The notes beneath the pieces are model-generated. The model ran no database searches and had not been told where the DNA came from. It worked only from the letters and a program-made list of their open reading frames with translations. Positions 20,648 through 30,531 of a DNA stretch of 64,000 nt are shown one piece after another. The DNA comes from Vampirovibrionaceae bacterium NZW_1234 (lineage in GTDB: Bacteria > Cyanobacteriota > Vampirovibrionia > Vampirovibrionales > JAGQHJ01). How positions within the stretch are numbered: position 1 is the stretch's first letter; each line of letters begins with the position of its first letter. The position numbers and the translations under genes were made by a program. The stretch lies in contig JBGUGD010000039.1 of the NCBI GenBank assembly GCA_041697335.1, positions 1-64,000 of the forward strand, written 5' to 3'.

Positions 20648-21094
20648 TCAATATTGAATTGTGAGGTTAATTGTATCCTGAGCAAACCCAGACACAGCTG
20701 GGGTAAAGTTGTATTGTAGAGTACAGGTTACAACGCCTTCAGCAAAATTGTGAGCAAACGTAGTTGTCCCACCAGTAAATAAAGCATTATTAGGCATTCC
20801 ATCCGAATATTGACAGGAACTGGAGGATGTTTGATCAAAACTTGCGCCAAGAGCAGTGGTTTCAGGAGATATAAAGGTGATTGTTTCGGTTCCGCTTCCA
20901 GTAAGGGTGCATGAAATATATTGATAAGATAAAGGAACGCCTTTCGTTACAGAACCTAAATTAAGACCACTACATGCAAAATTATCAACTGCCGCCTGAG
21001 CGGTAAGAACCGGCCCACAAGAAACAGAACTTACTATTAACAACGTAACAAACAGTTTTTTAATACGCGCTATGAAAGAAGCCATTTGGGTCAC
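20648..21094 (-). CDS. Secreted Csu/SCPU-like pilus subunit
   Basis: Signal peptide (AQA), LNLGSV, Cys pairs, C-terminal DTINLTIQY strand. Confidence 0.65.
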   Translation of the reverse strand: MTQMASFIARIKKLFVTLLIVSSVSCGPVLTAQAAVDNFACSGLNLGSVTKGVPLSYQYISCTLTGSGTETITFISPETTALGASFDQTSSSSCQYSDGMPNNALFTGGTTTFAHNFAEGVVTCTLQYNFTPAVSGFAQDTINLTIQY

Positions 21095-21186
21095 AATTGC
21101 TTAAGACACATACTACATGGACTATACCATATTTTCAGGCACCATGGCCAAATTATCCGTCATATAAAGGAAATCTAGGAGCAGGG

Positions 21187-21603
21187 TTACTGTACTCCAA
21201 GCGCATTTGTATTGGTTGCGACCGTACTCGTGCTAGGCATCGAACACTTCAAACGATTTCTTGATTGGTCATTCACGTGACGGCAACTGAAATCATGCTG
21301 CTGTTCGGAAAAATGAGTTGATAGATCTACAAACTGCAGATCTACCCCGATATTCTCGGTTTCAACATCCGAGTTGCCCAGTTGTGCAATCCCTTCCGTT
21401 ACACACTCAATCTCGGTGAGAACATTATTTTTAATTTCACAAGTCAGCTGTTCAATTCCGGCAGGGACAATGGTAATCTCAAAAGAAGCCGATGAATCGA
21501 GGGTTTTAGCGACAGTTAAACCTGGGAATACTAACACCACAAGGACTAAAGCACATAGGCATTGCCGAACACACCACAAAAAACAGGAAACACGCAAGTT
21601 CAT
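21187..21603 (-). CDS. Secreted Cys-containing pilus subunit-like protein
   Basis: Signal peptide, ASFEITIV donor-strand-like segment, four Cys in the mature part. Confidence 0.6.
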   Translation of the reverse strand: MNLRVSCFLWCVRQCLCALVLVVLVFPGLTVAKTLDSSASFEITIVPAGIEQLTCEIKNNVLTEIECVTEGIAQLGNSDVETENIGVDLQFVDLSTHFSEQQHDFSCRHVNDQSRNRLKCSMPSTSTVATNTNALGVQ

Positions 21604-21712
21604 AAACAAACCCCTTAATGTCTTTATTTAATATAATAAAAACATTAAGGGGTTTGGAATTGCCCCCAAATTGTAAAATAATATTACAGGATTAGCATTG
21701 CTTTTATACCCC

Positions 21713-21748
21713 AAAAAATACACCTGACTGTATACAGCCAGGTGTATT
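21713..21748 (-). terminator. Rho-independent terminator after the putative major pilin
   Basis: Minus strand AATACACCTGGCTGTATACAGTCAGGTGTATTTTTT. Confidence 0.75.
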
Positions 21749-21784
21749 CTAAAAGCATCTTATGGGTTAAAGCACTTAGATAAC

Positions 21785-22273
21785 CTAAGCCGAAACCCAT
21801 ACAACGTTGACATCAATGGTGTCTGCACCACTATTGCCGGGGGTACCAGTCAGATCAACCGTCATCGTATACGTTTGCGCCGTTGGGTTGTTCCATGTAC
21901 AGTTGGTGGTATTGTTGCTACCCGAATTATCGCAACTGTCAACTTGTGGGGTATACGTGTTGCCGGCCGAAGAATTCGTAACATTAGGCGTACCAACTAG
22001 AGTCCCATTGTAGCCGGAATCAACGACAATAGAGCAAGAATACTGAAGTGCATTATCCCCAAGAAGCTGGCCTCTGGTAAAAGTGCCCCCCCCACCTTGG
22101 GTTACTGAACAGGAAGCACCACTAATGTCAAAGTCTTCAGCGATGGTAATAGAAAATTGTGTGGTTCCCGTCTCAGTGTTCGCATCAGAGAAAGGGGTCA
22201 AAAAGCTAATGGCCGTAAAAGCTGCAAATGTAAGGGCTAATTTAACTTTGGTTGCTTTAGATACATTTTTCAT
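21785..22273 (-). CDS. Probable major chaperone-usher pilin (Csu/SCPU-like)
   Basis: Strong SD AAGGAG, signal peptide (SDA), TQFSITI donor-strand pattern, four Cys, C-terminal GADTIDVNVVW; has its own promoter and terminator. Confidence 0.7.
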   Translation of the reverse strand: MKNVSKATKVKLALTFAAFTAISFLTPFSDANTETGTTQFSITIAEDFDISGASCSVTQGGGGTFTRGQLLGDNALQYSCSIVVDSGYNGTLVGTPNVTNSSAGNTYTPQVDSCDNSGSNNTTNCTWNNPTAQTYTMTVDLTGTPGNSGADTIDVNVVWVSA

Positions 22274-22326
22274 CGAATAACTCCTTCTCGTGTGTGATGA
22301 ACAATCCATTCGTTTTCTTGAAGGAT

Positions 22327-22354
22327 ATATCGACTGTAAGCTTATAAAGCTTGA
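22327..22354 (-). promoter_or_regulatory. Sigma-28-like promoter
   Basis: Minus strand TCAAG-N15-GTCGATAT upstream of the major chaperone-usher pilin. Confidence 0.55.
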
Positions 22355-22505
22355 GCAAATGTAAAGTTATATAAAATACTTATCCTAAAGCACTGTTAAG
22401 TCTTTTCACTGCCGGCTATTTTAAAGAGATATAAGCCTCCAATGGGTAAATAGCCGGCTTGAAGATATCGACCCCGGAATCTTATGTTTACGGTTACAGA
22501 AACAA

Positions 22506-22991
22506 TTAGTAAGTGCTATAGGTACCACTGACAATAATAGTGTCTGCTCCAGGGATACTGGACGAACCGGTGATGGTAAAAGAATTATCTGCGGATGTTA
22601 CACCATTGTGTAAACAGGAGTTCCCACTCAACATTCCGCCTGAACCGCAACTCAACGAATACAAAGTAAAATGCACATTGTTTGAGGAGTAGACAGAAGT
22701 GCTCGGGCTAAAATTCAAATTTGCAATACCACCGCCAGTCGTCGAAGCAGAACAATCTGCGGTTAAATAGATTGGCTCGTTGGGGCTATATACAGATTGG
22801 TTTGATGGATTTGGTGTACAAGACACACTATCAATTTCAGCACTATACACAGTATAATTCACCATCACTGATGTCGTGTCGGCCCAACCCTTGGACAACA
22901 AAATAAAACAACAAATAAGCAGGCCGAGGACTATCCAAAAGGTGTTACTTCTGGCAGTAAAGTAGCCCTTAAGCCTTTTAGTAAGCATCAA
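22506..22991 (-). CDS. Secreted Csu-like minor pilus subunit
   Basis: Signal peptide, SVMVNYTV...SVSC, four Cys, C-terminal GADTIIVSGTY. Confidence 0.65.
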   Translation of the reverse strand: MMLTKRLKGYFTARSNTFWIVLGLLICCFILLSKGWADTTSVMVNYTVYSAEIDSVSCTPNPSNQSVYSPNEPIYLTADCSASTTGGGIANLNFSPSTSVYSSNNVHFTLYSLSCGSGGMLSGNSCLHNGVTSADNSFTITGSSSIPGADTIIVSGTYSTY

Positions 22992-23484
22992 AAGACACTC
23001 CTATCGTTTCCGCCTGGCTACCTGGTGAGAGCTGCACACTACTATCCGTGTATTGAGCAGTACAACTTAATGAACTTACAGCGGTTGCATCCACATAGGA
23101 ACCAGGGCTAGCTGCACCCATCCAACCATTATCACAACTGATATAGTCTAAAACAAATTCATTTGAAGAGCTGTAACCATTAGGAGTGAAACGAATATCT
23201 GCGTAACCACTGGATAAGGTGCCGGTACACGAAATGGATAAAGATAACGACTGGCCACTATTTACGGAAAACGGACCTGCACCTGCAGAGCAGGATACAG
23301 AAGAAAAGCTGGAAGGAACAACAGTCATTGAAACAACAGGATTACTAAACATCTCCAAGGCATAGCCCATTGGTGTGTAGATAAACATCATCACAAGAAG
23401 TGTCAAAGACCGATGCTGCTTCAACATTTGAAAACACACTCTCTTCATTAAGATACTCTTCATTATACCATCCATAGCTTCCAT
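22978..23484 (-). CDS. Secreted Csu-like minor pilus subunit
   Basis: Signal peptide (GYA), VVSMTVV...SVSC, four Cys, C-terminal AETIGVSFDAY; start uncertain. Confidence 0.65.
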   Translation of the reverse strand: MEAMDGIMKSILMKRVCFQMLKQHRSLTLLVMMFIYTPMGYALEMFSNPVVSMTVVPSSFSSVSCSAGAGPFSVNSGQSLSLSISCTGTLSSGYADIRFTPNGYSSSNEFVLDYISCDNGWMGAASPGSYVDATAVSSLSCTAQYTDSSVQLSPGSQAETIGVSFDAY

Positions 23485-23547
23485 AAATAACCCACCTTCC
23501 TATACAAGACAGCTCTTAGACGTTCATTTATAAAACAGAAAACTCAG

Positions 23548-24798
23548 TTACCGTATTTTATCGAGCTGCTGCTCCCATAACGCTTCAGGTGCCAATTGAG
23601 TCTGAGGTTGTGAAAATAAGACCAATGGAGGCTCGGAAGAAACCTCATTGGAACGCTCTTGCTTCTTGACCTCTTCAGGAAGATTGGCTTGAATACAATG
23701 GTTCATAGCCTTGTGTATTTCGTTAATATTATAAGTGGGCAACGGGCAATTTTGATGTTTCTGCAACAGCTGCAAACCAATGCTTAGAGCCTCCTGATAA
23801 TGGCCTGTCTGCGCATAAGTTAAACATAAATAATAGTCAGTTTCCCAATTGTAAAGCGTTGGATTGTAAAACCCATTTAATGGGGGCTTAATTTTGCTGG
23901 CCGCCATAAAAAACGGCAGTGCAGCTTCATAATCCCCTTTCTCATAATAATAAATACCCAGTAACTGAAATGCTTCGCGCTGTTTCGGATCATATGCAGC
24001 GGCTTGGCACAGGGCTTCAACTTTTTTAGGTTCATCTTTAAGACGATCATAGCATTGAGCAATATGAATGTAGCAGGAGTATTTAATCCAATAATTCACA
24101 TCTTGCATGTCATGAATACATCTATCGTATTCATCAATAGCATCGAGATACTGCTTCCGATATCGGAGATCATGGCCCAGATAAAACGAAATCCAAGGGG
24201 ATTCATCGTCTTGTTCACGAAGTTTGCTAAGAATTTTGGCATTGCGCTCCATCTTAGAGGGTCTGTCTCGGATGTCATCACGATGTTCGATGGCTATATT
24301 ATTGATTCGTAAGCGCTTTACGTCTTGACCGTCAGGCTTAACCAAAACAATTGTCTCGTGTATCGGCCTGTCCCATTTGAACTGTGCACTTCGGCTCACA
24401 ATACGCTCACGGAAATAGACCCTGATACATTCCCCAGACTCATCAAAGGTGTACTGATAAGGCAATTCAATAACATCATAGTCGTATTCCATGTTCATAG
24501 TCTTTAATTGATTGAGACCTCTCTGCCCTTCCTCATTGACCACGTCATCGGCATCGAGCCAGATGATCCAGTCGGAGGTGCATTGTTCAAAGGAGAAGTT
24601 CCGGGCAGCGGCAAAATCGTTGATCCACTCGAAATGATAGACCTTGGCCCCCATGGCTTCGGCCAATTCCACGGTGCGATCGGTGGAGCCGGTGTCGACA
24701 ACGATCATTTCATCGCAAAATGTCTTTGCGCAGCCAAGAACCCGCTCGATGTAGCGCTCTTCGTTTTTGACAATCATGGCAAGGGACAGGGTGGCCAT
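23548..24798 (-). CDS. GT2 glycosyltransferase with TPR repeats (SunS/GmaR-like architecture)
   Basis: LSLAMIVKNEE, VDTGSTD, DFAAARN, WLDADD, IHE motifs followed by TPR helices. Confidence 0.9.
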   Translation of the reverse strand: MATLSLAMIVKNEERYIERVLGCAKTFCDEMIVVDTGSTDRTVELAEAMGAKVYHFEWINDFAAARNFSFEQCTSDWIIWLDADDVVNEEGQRGLNQLKTMNMEYDYDVIELPYQYTFDESGECIRVYFRERIVSRSAQFKWDRPIHETIVLVKPDGQDVKRLRINNIAIEHRDDIRDRPSKMERNAKILSKLREQDDESPWISFYLGHDLRYRKQYLDAIDEYDRCIHDMQDVNYWIKYSCYIHIAQCYDRLKDEPKKVEALCQAAAYDPKQREAFQLLGIYYYEKGDYEAALPFFMAASKIKPPLNGFYNPTLYNWETDYYLCLTYAQTGHYQEALSIGLQLLQKHQNCPLPTYNINEIHKAMNHCIQANLPEEVKKQERSNEVSSEPPLVLFSQPQTQLAPEALWEQQLDKIR

Positions 24799-24905
24799 TG
24801 AATCCTCTCTTTCCAGGGGTAAGACACAGTTGCATCACGATAACCCTATAGTATAGAGAGGCACGGTGGGATCCGACATCCTTTAATCATAGGAGGGATT
24901 TTTGG

Positions 24906-25379
24906 CTAGAACGTGAGCCACATGAGGTAGTCGTGGACGGCGAGGGAGAGGGCGATGCCGAAGAGGGCGCCGACGAATACTTCGAAGGGGGTGTGGCCCA
25001 GGAGTTCCCGGAGGCGTTCAGGGAGGTATTCGGGATGGTGCTGGTAGAAGTCCTCAGTCATCCGGTTGAGAATGCCGGCCATCTTGCCCGCCGCCTGGCG
25101 AACACCGGCGGCATCGTACATGACGACCAGGGCAACCCCAAGGGCGATGGCAAATTCCACCGACGTAAAGCCGCTGACCAACCCCGTGCTGGTGGCCAGA
25201 GAACACATGGTGGAGCTGTGGCTGCTGGGCATGCCGCCCGTTTGCACCAGGAGACGAAAGTTCAGCCGATGCTGAAAGACAATGTGACTGACGAGCTTGA
25301 TAAACTGGGCCAAAAAGCCGCTGGCAAAGCCCGCAATAATAACTTCAACACCGGTGCCGGAAAATTGTGCTAGTGACAT
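24906..25379 (-). CDS. DUF212 / divergent PAP2-family membrane protein
   Basis: TGGMPSSHS, VMYDAAGVRQAAG, LRELLGHTPFEV. Confidence 0.9.
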   Translation of the reverse strand: MSLAQFSGTGVEVIIAGFASGFLAQFIKLVSHIVFQHRLNFRLLVQTGGMPSSHSSTMCSLATSTGLVSGFTSVEFAIALGVALVVMYDAAGVRQAAGKMAGILNRMTEDFYQHHPEYLPERLRELLGHTPFEVFVGALFGIALSLAVHDYLMWLTF

Positions 25380-26281
25380 CAGGACTCTCGCTTTTCCACA
25401 AACCCCACTAAATACAGCAACTGCTCTGTCTCAAGATCGCCGTCCAGCTCGTCCAACAAGGCATGCAGGGCAGCAATCCGATCTTTAAGGATACGCTCGG
25501 TCTCGGCCACGCCAAAGACCGCCGGAAAGGTCATCTTGCCCTGGGCTTGATCTTTACCCGGGGTTTTGCCCAGGACGTCGGCAGAGGCCTGGACATCCAA
25601 TAAATCATCGACAATCTGAAAAGCCAGGCCCAACAAGTCGCCGTAACGGCTCAAACGCGTCAGGATCGGCTCGGGTTGGCCTGCGATGAGCCCGCCCGCC
25701 CAGGTGGAAAACCGGAACAACGCACCGGTCTTGCCGTGATGAATCCGATACAAAAGCTGCTCATCCGGCGCTGCATGGGCAAACTGAATGTCATCCACTT
25801 GCCCATTGACCAGACCCTTGACGCTGGAGGCCCAAGCCAAAGCAGATAAAAGGCGAAGCTTGGCCCGATCGGACAACTGGGGCGCGAAATCCGTAATTTG
25901 AGCAAAGGCCAGCCCATACAGGGCGTCTCCTGCCAACACCGCCATGTCCTCGGAAAAGGCCTTATGCACCGTCAGGCGCCCCCGGCGCATATCGTCGTTG
26001 TCGATACAGGGCAAATCATCATGAATCAGACTGAAGCAGTGAATCAGCTCCAGGGCACAGGCCGTGGGCAGGGCTTTTTCCAAATCGCCACCGCTGGCCC
26101 GACAGGTTTCCAGCAACAGCACCGGGCGAATCCGCTTGCCCCCGCTTAAGACCCCATGGCGCATGGCATCCCAAAGAACCTGAGGCTCCTGGGGGGCCAA
26201 ACACGTCTCCAGATAAGACTCGATGGCCTGAAGATGGGTCTCAAACCGACTCTGATACGTTTGTCGTGTTTCAATCATCAT
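25379..26281 (-). CDS. crtE: Polyprenyl (geranylgeranyl/farnesyl) diphosphate synthase
   Basis: GGKRIRP, SLIHDDLPCIDNDDMRRG, FQIVDDLLD, GKTPGKD; adjacent to DUF212 as in cyanobacteria. Confidence 0.85.
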   Translation of the reverse strand: MMIETRQTYQSRFETHLQAIESYLETCLAPQEPQVLWDAMRHGVLSGGKRIRPVLLLETCRASGGDLEKALPTACALELIHCFSLIHDDLPCIDNDDMRRGRLTVHKAFSEDMAVLAGDALYGLAFAQITDFAPQLSDRAKLRLLSALAWASSVKGLVNGQVDDIQFAHAAPDEQLLYRIHHGKTGALFRFSTWAGGLIAGQPEPILTRLSRYGDLLGLAFQIVDDLLDVQASADVLGKTPGKDQAQGKMTFPAVFGVAETERILKDRIAALHALLDELDGDLETEQLLYLVGFVEKRES

Positions 26282-27335
26282 CCTCTAGTGTACCATCTTC
26301 AGAGGTCCAATCCTGAATTTGCTGTTTTTTGGTCCGGCGAGAGGCTTCTCGCTGTTTTTCGTGGAGTTTGAGAATCTGGACCTGCTTTTGCTTGCCTCGC
26401 TTGAGGGTTTTGTAGCCGTATTCCTGTTTGTTGCTGGTATTTTGAGCCACTTCCACCCCTTCCTGGGCTTCGGCCTGAAACAGGACGTAGCTCTCATAGC
26501 GGCTTTCTGCCAGGGTTTCCAAATCGGCCTTGACGGCACAGGCCTCTTCATCCAAATGCAGGCAATCCTGAAAGCGACAATGGGTGCGATAGGGCACAAA
26601 CTCCGGAAAAACCGATTCCAGTGTCTTGGGCATCACCGTATCGAACTTCAGATAGCTAAAGCCCGGGGTGTCGGCCACATAGGTCTTGGTACAGAGCTCG
26701 ATGAGCGTTACATGCCGGGTGGTGTGCTGACCTCGCTGGAGTTTTTCCGAGGTCTCCTGTACCCGTAGGTTCAGATCCGGTTGGATGGCGTTGAGCAAAC
26801 TGGATTTTCCAGCCCCGCTCGGGCCTGCCAGAACGACAGTCTTGCCTTCCAAATGCGAGAAGACTCCGGAGACTGTTTCCGGAGTAAAAATGCTGGTGGA
26901 AAAAACGGGAATCCCCAAGGGTTCATACACGGCCCGAATGGCGGCAATGTCCTCGCGGGATGCAGCCAAGTCGGCCTTGCTGATACACAGGCATGGCTGG
27001 ATACCGGCCAGCTGGATGTGCGTCAAATACCGGTCGGTCTGCACAAAGTCGAAGGCCGGGTTCGAGATAGAGGCCACAACAAGCGCATCGGTAATGTTGG
27101 CAATCTTGGGACGACTAAGTTGGGAGTGCCGCTCAAGGACCTGGACCACTCGTCCAGCCAGATTGGCCTCATCCAGGCTGTCCACCACCACCTGATCCCC
27201 TACGAGAACCTCTGAGCCTTCTTTCTTGAGAACCCCACGCAAAAAGCATTGATACAGGCTATCGCCCACCTTAACGGTGTAAAAGTTCGAGTGGTAGCTC
27301 AGGACAATGCCTGTGATGGGAGTCGCTTCCGTCAT
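26271..27335 (-). CDS. rsgA: Ribosome small subunit-dependent GTPase A
   Basis: OB fold, SKADL, GPSGAGKSS, RGQHTTR, DTPGF, C.F.DC.H..E..C zinc site. Confidence 0.93.
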   Translation of the reverse strand: MTEATPITGIVLSYHSNFYTVKVGDSLYQCFLRGVLKKEGSEVLVGDQVVVDSLDEANLAGRVVQVLERHSQLSRPKIANITDALVVASISNPAFDFVQTDRYLTHIQLAGIQPCLCISKADLAASREDIAAIRAVYEPLGIPVFSTSIFTPETVSGVFSHLEGKTVVLAGPSGAGKSSLLNAIQPDLNLRVQETSEKLQRGQHTTRHVTLIELCTKTYVADTPGFSYLKFDTVMPKTLESVFPEFVPYRTHCRFQDCLHLDEEACAVKADLETLAESRYESYVLFQAEAQEGVEVAQNTSNKQEYGYKTLKRGKQKQVQILKLHEKQREASRRTKKQQIQDWTSEDGTLEDDD

Positions 27336-28158
27336 AATCCAACCAAGCCAAAATGCGTTCGAAATAAGCCAACGCGGCATGATGTGACCTGTCTAAATTA
27401 TAAGACAGGCAATCCGTAAAGTAACGTCGTGCCGCAGATGGACTCAACCACGGACAACGGGCCTGAGCCGCCCGAAACACCGATGACTGAAGGCCTACAT
27501 CGGCCTGAAAGCGCTGCTTTTGAGAAACCAGCGCGTGATTCAACTGGAGCAAAAGGTCCGGATGGGTCTCGGCCCAAGCTCGACGCGCCACCCAGACCGC
27601 AAAGACGAAAGGTAAGCCCGTGTGCGTTGTCCACCACTGGGCCAAATCCACAATGGGATAGGGCCTATCGGACACCAGATCTTTCAGACGCAGAGCTTCA
27701 TCACCAATAGCCAGAAGCGGCAATCCGGCTTCCAAATGCCCCATACCTTCACCAAGGGGGTAAAGCGTCATCTGGGAGGGTTCATAGCGAAATCCGGTTT
27801 CCCGAAAGAGCATGTAGCGCATCAGGGCCACCGATGTTTCGGACTGATCAGTAACAGCCAGGGTGGTTGACGCCTCCCAGGAGAAATCTGCACGAGGAAG
27901 AAACATCAACACACTGTCCACCTGGGTCTGGGCGCTAATGGAGACCTCCTCAAGCATGACTAACGCTTCCTGGTTACGTAGATAACAGGCACTGGACACC
28001 GGAGAAACATCCAGGCGCTGCTGCAAGATGGCCTCGTTTAACTTGTTCGGAGCCATGGGCATGCGAACTAAAGGGACATCCGTCAGTGCAGCCTCGGGCA
28101 GCGTCAAGGGCAAGGCATTGATAAACGCAATCTCACCAAAGCGAAGGGGGTCTGTCAT
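27271..28158 (-). CDS. mqnA: Chorismate dehydratase (futalosine pathway)
   Basis: G.I.FINALP, P..LN, SETSV.L, IGDEAL, DLAQWW..HTGLPFVFAVW. Confidence 0.88.
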   Translation of the reverse strand: MTDPLRFGEIAFINALPLTLPEAALTDVPLVRMPMAPNKLNEAILQQRLDVSPVSSACYLRNQEALVMLEEVSISAQTQVDSVLMFLPRADFSWEASTTLAVTDQSETSVALMRYMLFRETGFRYEPSQMTLYPLGEGMGHLEAGLPLLAIGDEALRLKDLVSDRPYPIVDLAQWWTTHTGLPFVFAVWVARRAWAETHPDLLLQLNHALVSQKQRFQADVGLQSSVFRAAQARCPWLSPSAARRYFTDCLSYNLDRSHHAALAYFERILAWLDYDGSDSHHRHCPELPLELLHR

Positions 28159-28184
28159 GGCCGTCACCCTCCCCATCATGGCGC

Positions 28185-29339
28185 TTAGTCAAAGATTTGT
28201 TTGATGTTGTAGAGCGTGTCGCGCTCGACGGGAATTTTACCCGCCTGCTTGATCACGTGCACCAGCTCGGACTTGGTGACCGCCTGGGCCGAATCGGTTC
28301 CGGCCATGTGGGTAATTTTCTCCTGGGTCACCGTGCCATCCAAGTCATTGATCCCAAAGGACAGGCTGACCTGAGACATTTTTAACCCATGCTGAATCCA
28401 GTAGGACTTGATATAGGGCACGTTATCCAGCAACAGTCGACTGAGGGCAAAGAGTTTGAGGTTCTCGACCCCGGTCAGGGCATTGGACGCATCCACCGCC
28501 GTGTTGTCATACCAGCAGTTCAGGGGGATGAAGGTCATAAAGCCGCCGGACTTATCCTGTTGTTCGCGAACGTACAAGATGTGATCGATACGCTCTTCCC
28601 AGGTCTCGCCCAAGCCCGCCAACAAGGTGGCGTTACTCTTCATGCCAAGCTTGTGAGCCATACCGTGGATGGCCAGCCATTCCTGGTGGGTAATTTTATC
28701 CGGATACAACATCGCACGGATTCGATCCGAGAAAACTTCGGCACCACCCCCCGGCATGGAATCATGCCCATTGGCTTTTAACGTGGTCAGCACCTCTTCG
28801 CAGCTAATGCCGTTGAGTTTTGCCAAATAATCGATTTCAGCCGCCGTGAGGGCTTTGATATGGACATGAGGAAACTCGGATTTCAGGGTTTTAAACAACT
28901 CAAGATAGTAGTCCAGGTTCAGTTCAGGCGTCATCCCGGAGACAATGTGGAACTCCGACAGATCGGCCAGCATCGGGTAGGCATGCACCTGCTTGACGAT
29001 ATCCTCAATGGTCAGAAAATAGGCATTTTTGGCTTTCAGGGAGCGCCGACTGAAGGCACAAAAACGACAGGTCCCTTCACACACGTTGGTAATGTTGATG
29101 TGGTAATTGTGAACCCAGTACACATGGTCCATCCGCTCAACCGGCGTCATACGTTTGCGCATTTCATCGGCCAGCAACCCTATTCCCAAGAGGTCATTGG
29201 AGTTCACCAGATCAAACCCATCGGCCTTGGACAGGCGCTGGCCCTGACTCAATTTGTCATAAATGGAGCGCAGCGGATTGGATGGGCGGGTGAGGTAGTC
29301 TTCAACAAGGGGGGAGGGAGCGACAACAGCCATGGGCAT
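28185..29339 (-). CDS. mqnE: Aminofutalosine synthase (CofH/MqnE radical SAM)
   Basis: NITNVCEGTCRFCAF, EFHIVSG, HIKALTAAEI, SMPGGGAE, GGFMTFIPL, ERDTLYN; adjacent to mqnA. Confidence 0.85.
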   Translation of the reverse strand: MPMAVVAPSPLVEDYLTRPSNPLRSIYDKLSQGQRLSKADGFDLVNSNDLLGIGLLADEMRKRMTPVERMDHVYWVHNYHINITNVCEGTCRFCAFSRRSLKAKNAYFLTIEDIVKQVHAYPMLADLSEFHIVSGMTPELNLDYYLELFKTLKSEFPHVHIKALTAAEIDYLAKLNGISCEEVLTTLKANGHDSMPGGGAEVFSDRIRAMLYPDKITHQEWLAIHGMAHKLGMKSNATLLAGLGETWEERIDHILYVREQQDKSGGFMTFIPLNCWYDNTAVDASNALTGVENLKLFALSRLLLDNVPYIKSYWIQHGLKMSQVSLSFGINDLDGTVTQEKITHMAGTDSAQAVTKSELVHVIKQAGKIPVERDTLYNIKQIFD

Positions 29340-29589
29340 TTCAACCTCTCAGGACGTGATGTGAATTCTACTATAGCTTCCACCAAACACACCTTTGCTT
29401 CAAGTGTCCTTTTCCACAGCCCAAAGCGACTCCAGCCACGTCAAAACCAGCCCCTCTTGATAGGGATTGCAGAGGATTCAATGTCCGTGTAAAAGCCTCA
29501 CTCTCCAGGCAGGACTTGAAAAAACCCCGTGTGGGTGAAACAATCAGGGCATCTTGTGAAGTCTCGTCATCTTTGGAGGGCAAACCACG

Positions 29590-30531
29590 ATGTATCATAA
29601 AATCTCCGTTATCGGCGCCGGAAACGTTGGGGCAACATTGGCTCAGCGTTTGGCCGAAGCCGAATTATCCAAATACGTTGCCTTGGTGGATGTCGTTGAA
29701 GGCGTTCCTCAAGGAAAAGGCTTAGACATTGCCGAATCCGGGCCGGTGTATGGCTACGACACCCGGTTACTAGGCAGCAATACCTATGATGTCATTCGGG
29801 ATTCCGAATTGGTCGTCATTACAGCTGGGATGCCCCGCAAACCGGGGATGAGCCGCGATGATCTTTTGGACGCCAATGCCAAAATCATGACCCAGGTGTG
29901 CCAGAACATTAAGAAAGAAGCCCCGAATGCCACCGTCATTGTCGTATCCAACCCGCTGGATGCCATGTGCCATGTTGCCTTGCAGGTTACCGGCTTCCCC
30001 TCCAACCGAGTTATTGGTATGGCAGGGGTCTTGGACACCGCTCGCTTCCGGACATTTATTGCCGAAGCACTCGATGTTTCCGTTGAGCAAGTTCAAGCCT
30101 TTGTGCTAGGTGGCCATGGCGATACCATGGTGCCGCTGGTCCGCTTCACCAACGTGGCCGGGATTCCCTTAACCGAATTACTGGACGGTGAAACGATTGA
30201 GCGCCTGGTAAATCGCACTCGCAATGGTGGTGCAGAAATTGTTCAGTACCTTAAAACCGGATCCGCCTTCTATGCCCCCAGTGCGTCGGTGGTGGAAATG
30301 GTGGAATCCATTGTCAAAGACAAAAAGAAAATTCTGCCCTGCTCCGTCTACCTGAACGGTGAGTACGGTGTCAATGGCCTCTATGTCGGGGTGCCCGTGA
30401 AGTTGGGCAAAAATGGCCTGGAAAAAATTATGGAAATCCCCCTGACCGATGCCGAGCGTGAACAACTGAACGTCTCCATCGAAGACGTACGTCAAAACGT
30501 GGAAAAACTGAAAACTTTGGTGACGGCCTAA
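29590..30531 (+). CDS. mdh: Malate dehydrogenase (LDH-like)
   Basis: [50 protein letters not shown]. Confidence 0.95.
   Translation: MYHKISVIGAGNVGATLAQRLAEAELSKYVALVDVVEGVPQGKGLDIAESGPVYGYDTRLLGSNTYDVIRDSELVVITAGMPRKPGMSRDDLLDANAKIMTQVCQNIKKEAPNATVIVVSNPLDAMCHVALQVTGFPSNRVIGMAGVLDTARFRTFIAEALDVSVEQVQAFVLGGHGDTMVPLVRFTNVAGIPLTELLDGETIERLVNRTRNGGAEIVQYLKTGSAFYAPSASVVEMVESIVKDKKKILPCSVYLNGEYGVNGLYVGVPVKLGKNGLEKIMEIPLTDAEREQLNVSIEDVRQNVEKLKTLVTA

Larger units (their letters stand above)
15700..24520. mobile_element. AT-rich genomic island (chaperone-usher pilus locus); no mobility gene seen
   Basis: Abrupt visible drop in GC and change in codon style between leuB and the 5' part of the GT2 gene; boundaries approximate. 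Confidence 0.6.

Noticed and set aside
27271..27335. 65-nt mqnA/rsgA overlap as a programmed frameshift or fusion
   Set aside because: Both genes are complete; the mqnA tail looks like a simple stop-codon read-on extension with no slippery site
28135..28158. PLRFG at the N-terminus of MqnA as another FG leader
   Set aside because: It is the conserved first beta-strand of MqnA (lr.G.I...N..P), with no extension before it
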